Positions 1 through 11,733 of a DNA stretch of 64,000 nucleotides are shown here, in pieces. The notes beneath the pieces are model-generated. The model searched no databases. It saw only the letters and a list, made by a program, of their open reading frames with translations, and was not told the origin of the DNA. The DNA comes from Octopus sinensis. Lineage: Eukaryota. A program made the translations under genes and the position numbers. Position 1 is the first letter of the stretch. Every line of letters starts with the position of its first letter. The stretch lies in NCBI RefSeq assembly GCF_006345805.1, contig NW_021824954.1, forward strand, positions 485,516 through 549,515, given 5' to 3'.

Positions 1-441
1 AACAATGAAAAATATACCATATAGAAAAAATTACATCCTATAGAAAAATTAAATATAAGATAAAAACATATACCAATGATTAAGTAATGAGCAAAATAAT
101 AAATAAAACGTATATATTTGGTAAAATGACTACACGTGTTTCGTGGCTATATTTAAGAAATGCTAACAGAAAAATTGATTCAAAATAAATATAGCCACTC
201 TTCAGGTCAAAGATAAAAACAATGCAATAATTAAATAAATACATATGCGTATATAATCTTGTAAAATACAAAATATCTCAACAAATATATACTGGTGTAA
301 ATAAAAATAGAATAAAGTGGTATAAATATTTATTATATCTATAGAAATAAAATTTTAACTTATATAAGAAAAGAATAACAAACTATAATATATCATTACT
401 AGAAAATAAAATACAATAATTAATTATTTAAAACAAATATA

Positions 442-510
<69 letters not shown>

Positions 511-700
511 ATATATATATTCAATATACACACACACACATATATATATAGATGTATGTATATGTGCATATTCATATCTATTATATCAAAGTCAATGTCT
601 TTATGTGTGTTCGTGTGTTACTTATACATTCGAAAACTGCAGCACCGACTGTCGTTAAGGAATCCTAAGTTAACACGTCAGAGATATAATTCAAATTTTC

Positions 701-704
<4 letters not shown>

Positions 705-756
<52 letters not shown>
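705..756. repeat. (TA)n microsatellite abutting the PLE 3' end
   Basis: Uninterrupted TA run ending at ...tatata|acgggaagg; another TA-rich run at ~436-520. Confidence 0.95.
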
Positions 757-757
<1 letters not shown>

Positions 758-851
758 CGGGAAGGTTTACAAAATAAACAAAAGACGAAGGCAGGTGGAG
801 TACAAACAAACAATGTATTAGTATGGCGGTCAGGAATAGAAATAGAACAAG

Positions 852-889
852 TCTTTTACGTTTCGCGCCTACGCTCTTCGACAGAAAGA
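852..889 (-). ncRNA. Minimal type-I hammerhead ribozyme motif with variant core CUGUCGA
   Basis: The minus strand reads UCUUU-CUGUCGA-A-GAGC-GUAG-GCGC-GAA-ACGU-A-AAAGA: stem I UCUUU/AAAGA, stem II with one mismatch, palindromic stem III ACGU, predicted GUA cleavage. Confidence 0.7.
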
Positions 890-1673
890 TACACAGAAAA
901 AAACAAGGAGAGAAAAAAATGCGTGTAGGAGCTAACGATCTATCATGGCGTCCTGACTTCGGACAGTGGTCAGGGAAGATAACAGGGTCAAGTGACTTCC
1001 AAAACGAAGGTGCCCCCAACACAAAGGTGCGTGTGTGTATAAGAGAGTATGTATGTGCGTGTGAAAGAGGGCTGGTGGTCTGGACGTGTGTGTGTATGTA
1101 TGTGTGGGTGTGAAGATGTGGGGATTGGTGTGTGGGTGGTGTGTTGTGATGTGATATGTGTATGTATGTGTAGGTGTAAAGATGTGAGGATGGGTGTGAG
1201 GGCGGTGTGCTGTGGGTGGTGTGTTGTGATGTGATGTGTAATGTTGTATGGTATAGTGTAGTGTGGTGTGATGTTGTGGGGAGGTGGGGAGGCGAGAGAA
1301 GGGAAAGCCCAGGTGGGGTGTGGGTTCGGCTGGAAGTTGGGTTGAGTGGGGGTTGTGGGGGATGGGGGAGAGTGAGAGGGGGAGAGAAGAGAGGGGACGA
1401 GGGGAGAGAGGAGATGAGGGGGTGGAGGAGAAGGAGGAGAGGGAGGGGAGAGGCGGAGAGGAGGGGAGGAGGGGAGTGGTAGGGAGAGGAGAAGAAGGGG
1501 GAGGGAGAGGGGAGAGGGGGAGGAAGAGGGGAGAGAAGGGGAGTGAGGGAGCAGAGAGAAAAAGAGAAGGGGAAGAGGGAAGAAGGTGGAAGGAGGGAAA
1601 GAAGGGAAGAGGAAGGAAAGAGAGTAGGGGTGAAAAGATGAAGGACTGAAGAGAAGTAGGAGTCGGGGGTAGG

Positions 1674-2612
1674 TTAGATGAAAAGGGGGGAGTTGAGACC
1701 AAATAGCGTAAAAGAGTGAAGAGAGAAAATTAATCCCTGTTTACGGCGCAAGCGGGAATCCGGATGGCCTCTGTGCAAGGACAATCCGAACACAGACAGG
1801 TGTTGCAAGGAGTGACCGGTGGAGCGGAAATGGCATGAGACTGGAGTGTCATTGGCGAGGCAGATGTCTCGGAAGTGTTCCGCGAACCGGTCAGCCAAGC
1901 GGCGTCCCGTTTGTCCGATGTACAGGGAGTGGCAGAGAGAGCAGGAGATGCAATAGATGATATTGCTGGAGGTGCAGGTGAAAGAGTCGATGATGCGATA
2001 GGGTCGATGATGGGTGCCGGTGAGGAGGGTGGTGTTGGAGAGATAAGGGCAAGTGCGGCAACGTGGGCGGGAGCAGGGGAACGAGCCAGGTTGGGAGGTA
2101 GGGTCAGGGAAGAAGCTGTGGACCAAGAGGTCTCGTAGGTTATGGGCTCGTTTGAAGGAGGGGAGGGGTCGGTTAAAGAAGAGGTGTGAAGTGGACGGGT
2201 CGGACTGGAGATGCCGGAAAACTCGAAGAATGGTGCGTTGGAGAGGTAGGGTGGTGGGGTGGTAAGTGAGGGGAAAAGGGAGGCGGGAGACTGCAGGGCG
2301 GATTCGGGGGGAGAGAGCAGATGCACGGTTTACGGAACGTGCTCTGGCAAGGGCGGTATGAATAGTGGTGAGGGGGGTATCCACGTAGGATGAAGTGGTG
2401 AGCCATGAGTTGAGACTGAGTTTCAAAGTCATGGTCGTCGCAACAGATCCTACGTAGACGGAGGAATTGGAAATAGGGTATGGAAAGCTTGGTGTGTTTG
2501 GGGTGGGAGGAAGAGAAGTTAAGGTATGAGTGTGAGTCTGTGTGTTTGTAGTGAATGGAGGTGGTAAGAGTGGAGTGATGAACGCTGTCCGAAATGTCGA
2601 GGAAGGAGGCAT
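1674..2612 (-). pseudogene. PLE RT thumb/linker and GIY-YIG endonuclease (frameshifted from the RT ORF)
   Basis: GSFPCSRPRCRTC linker (the CxxxxCxxC pattern of Neptune PLEs); FTCTSSNIIYCISCSLCHSLYIGQTGRRLADRFAEH (GIY-YIG); PVSCHF..H. Confidence 0.9.
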
Positions 2613-3726
2613 AGGTATTGGAGATAGTGCAGGTGAAGTGGAGGGCAGGATGGAAGGATTGAACGAAAGAGAGGAAGGAGTCTAGATGTTCACGGGAGAG
2701 TGAGGTGGCTCCGATAATCTCGTCAATATAACGACCGTATAGTTCGGGAGTGGGACCAGTGAAACTAGAGAATATTTGGGCCTCAACATAGCTAACGAAC
2801 AGGTTCGCATAGTTGGGGCCCATTCGCGTTCCCATGGTCACTCTCGAGACTTGTTGGTAGAACTCGTCCGCGAACGAGAAGCAGTTAAGGGAAAGGACAA
2901 GTTCGGCCAGACGAATGAGTGTGGGGGTGTCGGGTTCGGGGTTGGGGCGGAGGTCGAGAAAGTGTTGAAGTGCACGCAGTTCTTCGGGGTGAGGGATGAC
3001 GGTATAGAGGCTCTGGATGTCCATTGTAAAGAGGAGTTTGGAGGAGCCGGGAGGAAAGGAGAAAGAGTTGAAAAGCCGGAGAGCATGGTTGATGTCGTAG
3101 ATATGAGAGGGAAGAGATGCCACTAGGGGGGCAAGGACACGGTCGAGGTATTTTGAGATGAGCTCTGTGGGGCAGTTACAGGCGGAGATGATGGGGCGGC
3201 CAGGGTTGTTGGGTTTGTGGATTTTGGAGAGGAAGTAAATGGTGGGGGTGCGTGGGGTTCGGACAATGAGGTTGGATGCAGTGTGGGGGAGACGGGAGGA
3301 CGAGATGAGATCGTGGACAGTAGAGGAGACCGTCTGTTGGTAGCTAAGCGTGGGGTCAGAGGACAGAGGGGAGTAGAAGGAGGTGTCATTGAGTTGACGG
3401 AGCGCCTCGGCCCTGTTGAGGTCCGCGCGCCACTCCACCACAGCTCCACCCTTGTCGGCCGGTTTGATGACAATGTCAGCGCGCTGTCGGAGGGAACGAA
3501 GAGTCGAGAGCTCGGCCGGGGAAATGTTGAGGCGGCGGTGACGCCTGGAGAAGTTGAATTGCTCTAACGCGCGCTGACAGGCACCCGCGAAAAGATCCAC
3601 TGCTTGGAACTGGCCGGGGGCAAGCGTCCACTGGGATGGTCGGCGGCCCAGGTCAGTGAAGCAGTCCTCCTTGTTGGATGCGAGTGGTATGTCGCGGAAA
3701 AACGCACCCAACCGGACGCGGCGCAC
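2173..3726 (-). pseudogene. PLE reverse transcriptase
   Basis: RRVRLGAFF, IVIKPADKGGAVV, GRPIIS, LFTMDIQSLYTVIPH, QVSRVTMGTRMGPNYANLF, and RYIDEII (catalytic YIDD changed to YIDE); frame is lost after about ILRGYP. Confidence 0.92.
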
Positions 3727-3964
3727 AAAGCTGTGGACATCAGCACGCGTCTAGAATTCCTTACAGGATGGAGTGAGGGGGATGAAACGCAGGCCCCTAC
3801 TGTGGACGGAGCGTTCCGCCACAGAGAGGGGATGATCTGGGGGAATGGTAACAACAGACTGAAATGGAGAAGAGGTGGATGGAATAGGAGTAGGAGGGGT
3901 GGTAGGGCTGGTGGAGGTCTGAGGGGGAGGGAGTGGGGAGGTGTGTGTGGGTTGTTAGGATTCC

Positions 3965-5145
3965 GTCTTTTGATGTGACCGGGTTTAAAATTCACTAACG
4001 AAGCCGGTCTCGGGAAAAATTCCCCTGCCAGCGGACTCCACACCTTATCACCCTCCAGGTGGTGCCAGAGATGCTTCAGCCTCAACGCATGCCTGCGCAT
4101 CATCAACCAAGGCATTCCTAACCCACCCTTTAACGGTTCCTGGCAGCAAACGGAGCGCCTCACAAGTGGCTTTCCTCCCTTCCACAAAAAGCGGAAAAGG
4201 ATTCGCTCCAACTTGCTAAGCCATGAATCGGGGCAAGGGACAGCGGTCAGGCGGTAAGTGATTACAGATGCAATGAACATCTGTGCTACCTCCGCCCTTC
4301 CTTTCAAGGACAGAGACCTTCCGGACCAGGTCCGTACTATGGCCTCCACCTTGTCCGTCACCTCACTCCAATTCCTCTCCGTTTGGGAGTCTGACCCAAA
4401 CCAAACTCCTAGCAACTTAACTGGACCATCCGTCCAGTGTCCACGACACTGGACGATATCGACTTGCTCCTCCAGGTGCCGAGGCGCAAGCCAACCGACT
4501 TGTCCTTGTTAACCCTTGCTCCTGCCACCGCCTCGTATCCTCTGATAGCATCTTCTACACAAGGTAGCTGGGCCTCATTGGACACGATGAGGGTGACGTC
4601 ATCCGCATAAGCAGTAACCGTCCTCCCACCTCCGATCTCATCCGGGTTACTTCCCAGCCTCTCCAACTTTCGCAGCAATGGCTCGAGAGCCAACACGTAC
4701 AAAAGTGGTGACAAGGGGCACCCTTGACGAACTGAACATTCGATCGAAAACGGTTCCGTTAGGTAACCGTTTATCTGGACGGTGGACTTGATGCCGCTAT
4801 ACATAGCGGAGATCCACCCGCGAAATTCAGGGCCCAGTCCAGCCGCTTCGAGGACCGTCGCCAGGTACTTATGGTCTACCCTATCGAACGCTTTACTTTG
4901 GTCTAAATGGACCATTACCCCGCCCTTGCCGGTTAATTTACCCACCCTATCTAAGGTGTAGCGTATAAAGTGAAGATTTCCTGGATCGACCTGCCTGGAA
5001 TTGCACATGTCTGTGCTTTCCCTACAAGTTTCTCCACGACAATCGTCAACCTTTTTGCCAACACCTTGGCCAAAATCTTTAACTCTACATTAAGTAGAGT
5101 TATGAGCCTGTAATTACTAATGTTATCCCCCTTGCTCGGGTCTTT
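3965..5145 (-). pseudogene. L1/Tx1 ORF2 reverse transcriptase and post-RT region (frameshifted)
   Basis: ORF 4409..5008: HLDQSKAFDRVDH, VRQGCPLSPLLYVLALEPLL, AYADDVT. N-terminal half of ORF 3564..4415: LSLKGRAEV, LFRFLWKG, PLKGGLGMP. Confidence 0.9.
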
Positions 5146-6636
5146 CTAGATTAGCGTCACCACTCCCCGGCTTACAGAACTGGGAATTCTCCCATTCTGC
5201 TGCCAGTTCGCGTAGACACCTGCCAATATTCCCCCGAACAAGTCCGGCATACTTTGGTAAAACTCGTAGGGCAGACCATCCAACCCCGGCGACTTCTCCC
5301 CGGCGCATCCGGCCAGTACCCCCTCTATCTCCTCGGGAGTGATCGCTCCTTCACAGCACTCCACCTCACGCCCCGAGAGCCGCGGTCCGCCGGCTAGGAA
5401 GTCCTTTAAGGCCCTTCCCCGCTCCGGCGCAACACCACCCCCGAACGCGCGGGCGAAATGCTGGTGAAGAAACTTTTGCATCTCCTCCTGTCCATAGATC
5501 TTTTGTCTCTGTTCGTCAGTTAAAGACTTGATTGAAGCTTTGTTACCTCTCTGACTCTCCACTCGACGGGCCCATCCGGCAACGTTAATACCTTCTCGTT
5601 TCCCAGCGCGTAGCTTAGCTCTAACTCTGCAACCTTCGTGTTTGGAGTTAAGGTGACGGTACAATACCGTCCTTGCCGCCATCACTCCGGATGCAGAGCC
5701 AGCTTCCATTGCCGTAACTAAATCGTCCTCTATCCTAGACCTATCTAACCTTAGCTGATTGCTAAATCTAATGGACTCTGAACGAATGGCTCTTTTGAGG
5801 GAGTGCCACCATCTATTGTTAATGATGGTGCCACACAATGCCCTCTGTACTAACACCTTAATCCGGGTATGGAAGTCTTCACAATTCAAAATAGACTTGT
5901 TCAGCTTCCAGTACCCGGGTCCCTGCCTATGGCACTTATCTAATTGCACCCTACAAGTCACAAATTTGTGATCCGTGTAAGGCACAATGTGAAACCGTGG
6001 ACAACTAAACGTATCCTTATCTCTTTTCCTAACGAATATCCTATCTATATACGATCTGTGTGAGCCATCGTTGTTACTCCACGTCCACTGTGGAACGGTC
6101 GGCTCATCCAGTCGATAACGGTCCACTAGATAAAAGCTCTCTAGTAGACCCTTGAGGCTAGGGTTCCCCTTCCTATTAGTTGAGCCAACATTGTCGACCC
6201 GCGCTTCGAGGACAGTGTTAAAGTCCCCTACTAAGACTACCGTTTTCGACGTCGCTAAAAAGTGCTCCAAATTCCGAAAAAAACCCGCCTGCCTACACTC
6301 ATTCGGAGCGTAGACAGCTACCAACCTGAAGGGCTGTTTACTTACGTGGGTCACATCCAGAACGACCAGCCTGCCTTCTGGGTCCAGAAAGACAGTACTT
6401 ACCTGCAAGTCCAAGCTCTTCCTGATAAGGACTGCCACGCCTCTTCCTCTTCCTCGGCTAGGAGAAATAAATTTCTCGAAACCATTTAGAAGAGGCGAGA
6501 ACGCTTGGGCCCCGTTCATCTTGGACTCGGTTACAATAGCTACGTCCACTCCGTGTGTCGTGAGGTCGTTCAGAAAACAAATTTGTTTCCATTTCGACCC
6601 CATTCTACGCACATTCACACAACCCAGCTTTGCCAA
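5146..6636 (-). pseudogene. L1/Tx1 ORF2 APE endonuclease and RT N-terminus
   Basis: GCVNVR, VAIVTE, GRGVAVL, LVAVYAPN, VGDFN, SYIDRIF, TDHKFV, GPGYWKLN, KSPGLDGLPYEFY. Confidence 0.92.
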
Positions 6637-6663
6637 TGTCGGAGAGAGAAAAAATAAATAAAC

Positions 6664-8103
6664 TTACGGTTGGGACAGGGAGCATGACAGTTTAAATCTG
6701 CCTGCTTCCCCTTCTTCCTCCCTTGTGGTCGTAGCTGCAGGGCTCTTAACCGGCGTTGCCATCGGGCTCTGGGTAGGTGTGGTTGCCGGGGTTATAATAA
6801 GTTTACCCTCCAGTATTTCATTCGTTACATCTCTGATAAGATTATTCTTTAAATGTTCTTGTAGTGTTTTTTCCTTCCACTCGTCTTCCTTTATTTTTGC
6901 AAAGCGAGTGGTTGATTTTGTGTCTGTAGACTTACTGAATAGTTTAAATTTTGAAAATTTGAAATACTTGTACACCCTATCGTTCTTCTCGTCAAATGCT
7001 ATAATCTTTTCATTTTTTTTTTATCAATTTTTTCAAATCTTGTTTTATGGGGAGGGGCTTGGCGAACTGTCTTCCAATGAATACAGTGCCGTGGGGGTAG
7101 GGTTGGGGAATTTGTTTTGTATGTATCTCTGCGGTGTTTGCTGATTTTTTCTTTGTTTGGGGAGGGGAGTCCAGGGTGTTATCTTTTTTTTCTTTTGTGT
7201 GTCACCTGTGTATATTCCATTTGTTCATTTTCATCTTCCGTTTCGGTTCCTTTCCTTGTCGCAGTCTTGGGTTCTTTTTCCGCTTTTTCTTTTTCAGTGT
7301 TTGAAGCACTTTGAGGAGGGGCTTCGTTGATTTTCTTTTTTTTTTATGCAGTTTGAGCGGACGTGACCCTTTTCTCCACATTTGAAGCACCTAGGTCTGC
7401 GCCCCTCCACTGACACTCTCATTGAAGTTCCCTCCTCATTAAATACCCTATCGGGTAAGTTTTCTAGTATCTTATTTTCTGCTTGAACGAGGAGTTCTAG
7501 CGCTTGTCCTTTCCAGTGCACCTCCTCTTTCCTTCTCATCTGCAGAATTGAAACTTCCCGCTCTACGTTGTGCAGGACTGCCGCTGCTACCCACATTATA
7601 TCATACCCTCTTGGTATATCCTCTACATGTAGTTTGGCTGTTCTTTTTCCCATATACGTAGGTAGCAACATGATATCCTCACTTTTCAAGGTCATTGATG
7701 ACACCTCTCTTGCCACATCAGCCGAGTCGAAATGTGCTTCAACGGTAGCGCTGCGAGCACCTCGAACAACGTGACGAATTTTGTTCCACACCGGGGACAA
7801 GCACTTTTCTACTATCTCGTTCTTGACATCCATTATTTTTTTTTCTTTGTTGCTATAAACTTTGTATACAACTGTCTTTGCCTTTATTTCCTGTACCTTC
7901 GCTTGCGGCGGTACCAGTTTAATTTCATTGCCTTCCGTTTTTACCAAGTTCCGGTATTCGAATAACTGTTCAATCTTGAATTCTACATCCGTTACGGTTC
8001 CGCCCACTGCGGCCGAAAAAGACTGTTTTTTGACTTCGGTATCCTTTTGTTCACCTTTTCCCATCACGGGAAAGTCGCTCCTCGACGCCAAGTCGAACTC
8101 CAT
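6664..8103 (-). pseudogene. L1/Tx1 ORF1 (nucleic-acid-binding), frameshifted
   Basis: ORF 7294..8103 contains RPRCFKCGEKGHVRSNC (CCHC zinc knuckle). A Lys/Glu-rich continuation runs in 7202..7390 and 6664..6975, ending just before ORF2. Confidence 0.8.
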
Positions 8104-8583
8104 TTCTCAAATTATGAGAACAAATGTTGCAAAAAAATTACCTCGAAGGTAATGACAATGTTTAAACAGAATTTTCCGCCCCGTAGGGCGAAAATTACTG
8201 TTACACAACGGACAACTGTTCAATTCACGAGTAAACACAAACAACGACGAACAAAAAATACGAACTCACTCAACAAAAAGGCAGCAAAATTCTCAAAACG
8301 CAGATGAAAGAGGGGTCCCTAGACGAATAGCAATCATGGTTTCGATGAGAAGTCAGATCCCTTCACAAATACATATACTTTTTCCAGTGTCGATTTGACA
8401 CTGATATTGAAAAAGTGATATCAAACAATGATAAATCTCAGAGCGAGTTATAAACAGTAGCGGTAACACATCGTGATGCATATTTGCCATTTGAATATGG
8501 CTAGCCCATAAGGGTGGATGCTACTGTAGTTTGTAGCCCCAGGAAGATATCTCCTCCAGCTGGCTATATATATATATATATAT

Positions 8584-9079
8584 TTGATATAGGATAAAAT
8601 TTTTTTCGGGAAAAAAATTTTATCAATGGCCAGCATATCAAAAAATGCCTGTAAAGGTAAAACTTATACATAATTTACAAGATAAGGGTAGAAGAAAAAT
8701 TCTAATGCCAGATACGCCGAAACAAAAAAATTGTCGATAACCATTAAATTTATGCGTCTCGAAATTCCGTGGGTATGAATAAGTATTTCATTTATATCTC
8801 GCGTATGTGCCGCTGAAAAGGGGAAATTTCTTGTGAATTAACCCCGAAATTGGACCAATACGGTAATAACGAATTTTTTAGAGATTTCTATCGGTTTGTT
8901 TCGAGACGCATAAATTTAATGGTTATCGACAATTTTTTTGTTTCGGCGTATCTGGCATTAGAATTTTTCTTCTGCCCTTATCTTGAAAATTATGTATAAA
9001 TTTTACCTTTAAAGGCATTTTTTGATATGCTGGCCATTGATAAAAAATTTTTCCCGGAAAAAATTTTATCCTATATCAA
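8584..9079. mobile_element. MITE/foldback element with ~181-bp TIRs
   Basis: 8584-8764 is the near-perfect reverse complement of 8899-9079; 134-bp non-coding spacer; TA-rich flanks. Confidence 0.85.
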
Positions 9080-9230
9080 TTATAAATAGATTAGTGTTTC
9101 ACTTCCGGATTCTATCACTCTGTGAAAGTTTCTAGTTCGAATCACACGTGTCTCGAGGTGCGCCTAAGATTTTTCTATTTGGATATATTTTGGGTACTTA
9201 AGTCGGCTCGGGACTTGGTGCTTGCTTCTT

Positions 9231-9468
9231 CCGTGGGTATGAATAAGTATTTCATTTATATCTCGCGTATGTGCCGCTGAAGAGGGGAAAATTTCTTGTG
9301 AATTAACCCAATACGGTAATAACGATACGGACCAATACGGTAATAACGAATTTTTTAGAGATTTCTATCGGTTTGTTTCGAGACGCATAAATTTGATTAT
9401 TATCGACAATTTTTTTTGTTTCGGCGTATCTGGCATTAAAATTTTTCTTCTGCCCTTATCTTGTAAAT
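9231..9468 (+). repeat. Partial second copy of the MITE (spacer plus part of the right TIR)
   Basis: Repeats 8765-8990 with an internal duplication of ccaatacggtaataacga. Confidence 0.85.
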
Positions 9469-9615
9469 TATATATATATATATATTTATGTGTGTGTAAT
9501 AAATCTCTGAGCGAGGTATAAACAGTAGCTGCACGACATCGTGAAGTATATGTGGCTAACCCCTAAGGGTTAGCCACATTTAAGTGGCAAATATACTTGA
9601 CGATATATATATATA

Positions 9616-9797
9616 TCTGTATATATATAAAAGGCATGATGCGTGTGTGTATGTATGTGTGTGTGTACGTGAATGTAAATTATGCACGTCCACAAATTAG
9701 CAGATTTTAAAAATTTCGTCCTTTTAATGAGTGGTTGAGAGGCAAAAATAGACAGATAGGGGTTGTTATGTATGTATGTATGTGTGAATGGCTTCAG

Positions 9798-9846
<49 letters not shown>

Positions 9847-10834
9847 ACACACACACACACACACACGAACATGTATGCGTACAAAACACATGTATGCAAT
9901 GTGTGTGTGTGTGTATGTGTGTTGCCCGAGTCACGCTCCTTCGCAAACGATCAACTATTATTTTGTAAACAATATTTCGAAACTGTTGCATTTGTAAACA
10001 ATGTTTCGAAAATAGGTGTATGTACGTATATGCTATTTTTGTTTGTTTGTGTGTGTGTGTGTGTGTGTGTTGCCCATATATATATATATATGCTTAGTTG
10101 TGATCTGAACATAACCGCTTCTCACACAGAGGATTGGGGGCCCTTTTGGGCGTTCTATTTTCTTTGCTAGAAGGGTTCCCTACCCATGGGCAAAGGGGGT
10201 TACATGATGGGGAGTGTTTTCAAAAGGGTTGGCATATGCAACCTGATCACCTCTGCCGATCAAACTCCCAACCCATGCGCTCCCGTCGCGACACTGATTC
10301 TGCAGAACTGGGTTGGGTATGAAAACCAACTTTAAAGTATAAATAGTAATGCTTTTGAATCAGTAATGTTGTGTTCGGTTAACTCCTATTTGGAGTGAAA
10401 AATCAATAAACTGGTTCCTTATGGGGTTTTCAATTTAATCAGGATAAAAAAACAAATCGACAAACCGATTCCATATAGGACTTCCCACTAAAATTGGCTA
10501 CACCCCATTCTCAACCATAACTTTGACCAATTTTGATGTATTTTGTTCAAATTTGATGCCAGCATTACTTAGGACTCGTGGGATCTTCGAATGCTTTAAG
10601 TTCTCCAAAAACGAAAACAAAAAAAAAATGACGAGTGGAAAAAATCGATAAACCGATTCCTTATGGGATCTCCCAATCAAATTGTCAGCAACTCATTTTC
10701 AGCCCAAAGTTTACCAATTTCAACGGATTTCGCTCAAATTTGACGTCGATGTTACTTAGTTTGGTTTGAAATAAAGAGCTTGATTAGCTTAATAATCCTA
10801 ACTGAATCCCGAGCAAAGCCGGGCTATACTGGTA

Positions 10835-10835
<1 letters not shown>
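9616..10835 (+). mobile_element. Non-autonomous Helitron-like element with microsatellite and other inserts
   Basis: 5' end A|TCTGTATATATATAAAAGGC at 9616; 3' hairpin cccgagcaaagccggg followed by ctatactgGTAG|T (CTAG variant). That the two ends belong to one element is inferred. Confidence 0.55.
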
Positions 10836-10871
<36 letters not shown>

Positions 10872-10875
<4 letters not shown>

Positions 10876-11050
10876 GAATTTACAAAAAAAGCAAAAGACG
10901 AAGACGGGTAAACAACAAACAGAAATGTGTCAGTTTAACGCTCGGGAAGTGAGAATGTCTTTTACGTTTTGAGCCTACGCTCTTCGACCGAAAAGAACAC
11001 GGAAATAAACAGGGAGAGCAAATAGAAAAATGGCTTAGTCCTGAAAGATT
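10872..11050 (-). mobile_element. Solo PLE terminal-repeat relic with degenerate hammerhead (10958-10996)
   Basis: Similar to 757-900. The minus strand reads UCUUUU-CGGUCGA-A-GAGC-GUAG-GCUC-AAA-ACGU-A-AAAGA; abuts (TA)n at 10836-10871. Confidence 0.7.
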
Positions 11051-11343
11051 CCTTGGCGATGCATGGTGTATTTTATAAATATGCCTGGGTAACGTCTCAT
11101 AAATGTATGAAACTATTTGTAGCTCTTTCAGTTGTGTATTAAATTGATATATATGAGGCTTTACCTAGGATATGTATTCTACTTATATTTACTGGTATCT
11201 GATTGTCGAACATTTATAACCAAATTCTTTTAATACTGAGTGCTTTATTGATATCTGTCAGGATATTTTCTTATATATAAACATATATGTACACACACAC
11301 ACACACACACACAACACACACACACACACACACAAACACACAC

Positions 11344-11376
<33 letters not shown>

Positions 11377-11441
11377 GCATACACACACACACATACACAC
11401 ACATACACACACACACACACACATATATTAATATAAGAAAA

Positions 11442-11733
11442 CAGGAAAGTGGAAATTTTTTTGGTATTATTTATTCTCCATTACAGGTATTTCATTTGCT
11501 AATAGGAATTAAGATTTACATGGTATATAGACATGTAAATAATTTCCTATTAGAAATTCTTCTGACACAGAACATTTTTTATAAAACATAAAAAAATTTC
11601 TGTCTGACGAATTTCTAATAGGAAATTATTTACATGTCTTTATAACATATAAATCTTTGTAATTTCTATCCTATTAGCAAATAAAACACGTGTAATGGAA
11701 AATGAATAATACCAAAAACTTTCCATTTTCCTG
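11442..11733. mobile_element. Imperfect foldback/MITE palindrome (~290 bp)
   Basis: Perfect 31-bp inner inverted repeat (agacatgtaaataatttcctattagaaattc and its reverse complement) with decaying outer pairing out to cagg...cctg. Confidence 0.7.

Larger units (their letters stand above)
757..3960 (-). mobile_element. Penelope-like element (Neptune-type), 5'-truncated and decayed
   Basis: N-terminal VVTIPPDHPLSVAERS..RGLRFIP motif (~3855-3790), PLE-type RT, Cys-rich linker, GIY-YIG endonuclease, a C/T-rich 3' region (~1040-1670) and a terminal repeat carrying a hammerhead motif. The left junction is in (TA)n. The right junction with the L1 is approximate (3960-3995). Confidence 0.9.
3961..8310 (-). 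mobile_element. L1/Tx1-clade LINE with 5' UTR, ORF1 and ORF2; 3' end missing
   Basis: ORF1 with a CCHC knuckle, ORF2 with APE endonuclease then RT, and a ~200-bp T-rich 5' UTR (8104-8310). The post-RT region stops near IKRR (~3965), whereas the related element at 62-63 kb continues for several hundred more bp. Confidence 0.9.

Noticed and set aside
932-1702. Pro/Ser-rich and Gly/Glu/Arg-rich ORFs
   Set aside because: They arise from the low-complexity purine/pyrimidine-skewed 3' region of the PLE.
3980-3995. TTTAAA as a PLE target site at the L1/PLE junction
   Set aside because: Homology with the 62-63 kb L1 suggests L1 sequence continues to ~3965, so this hexamer is probably inside the L1.
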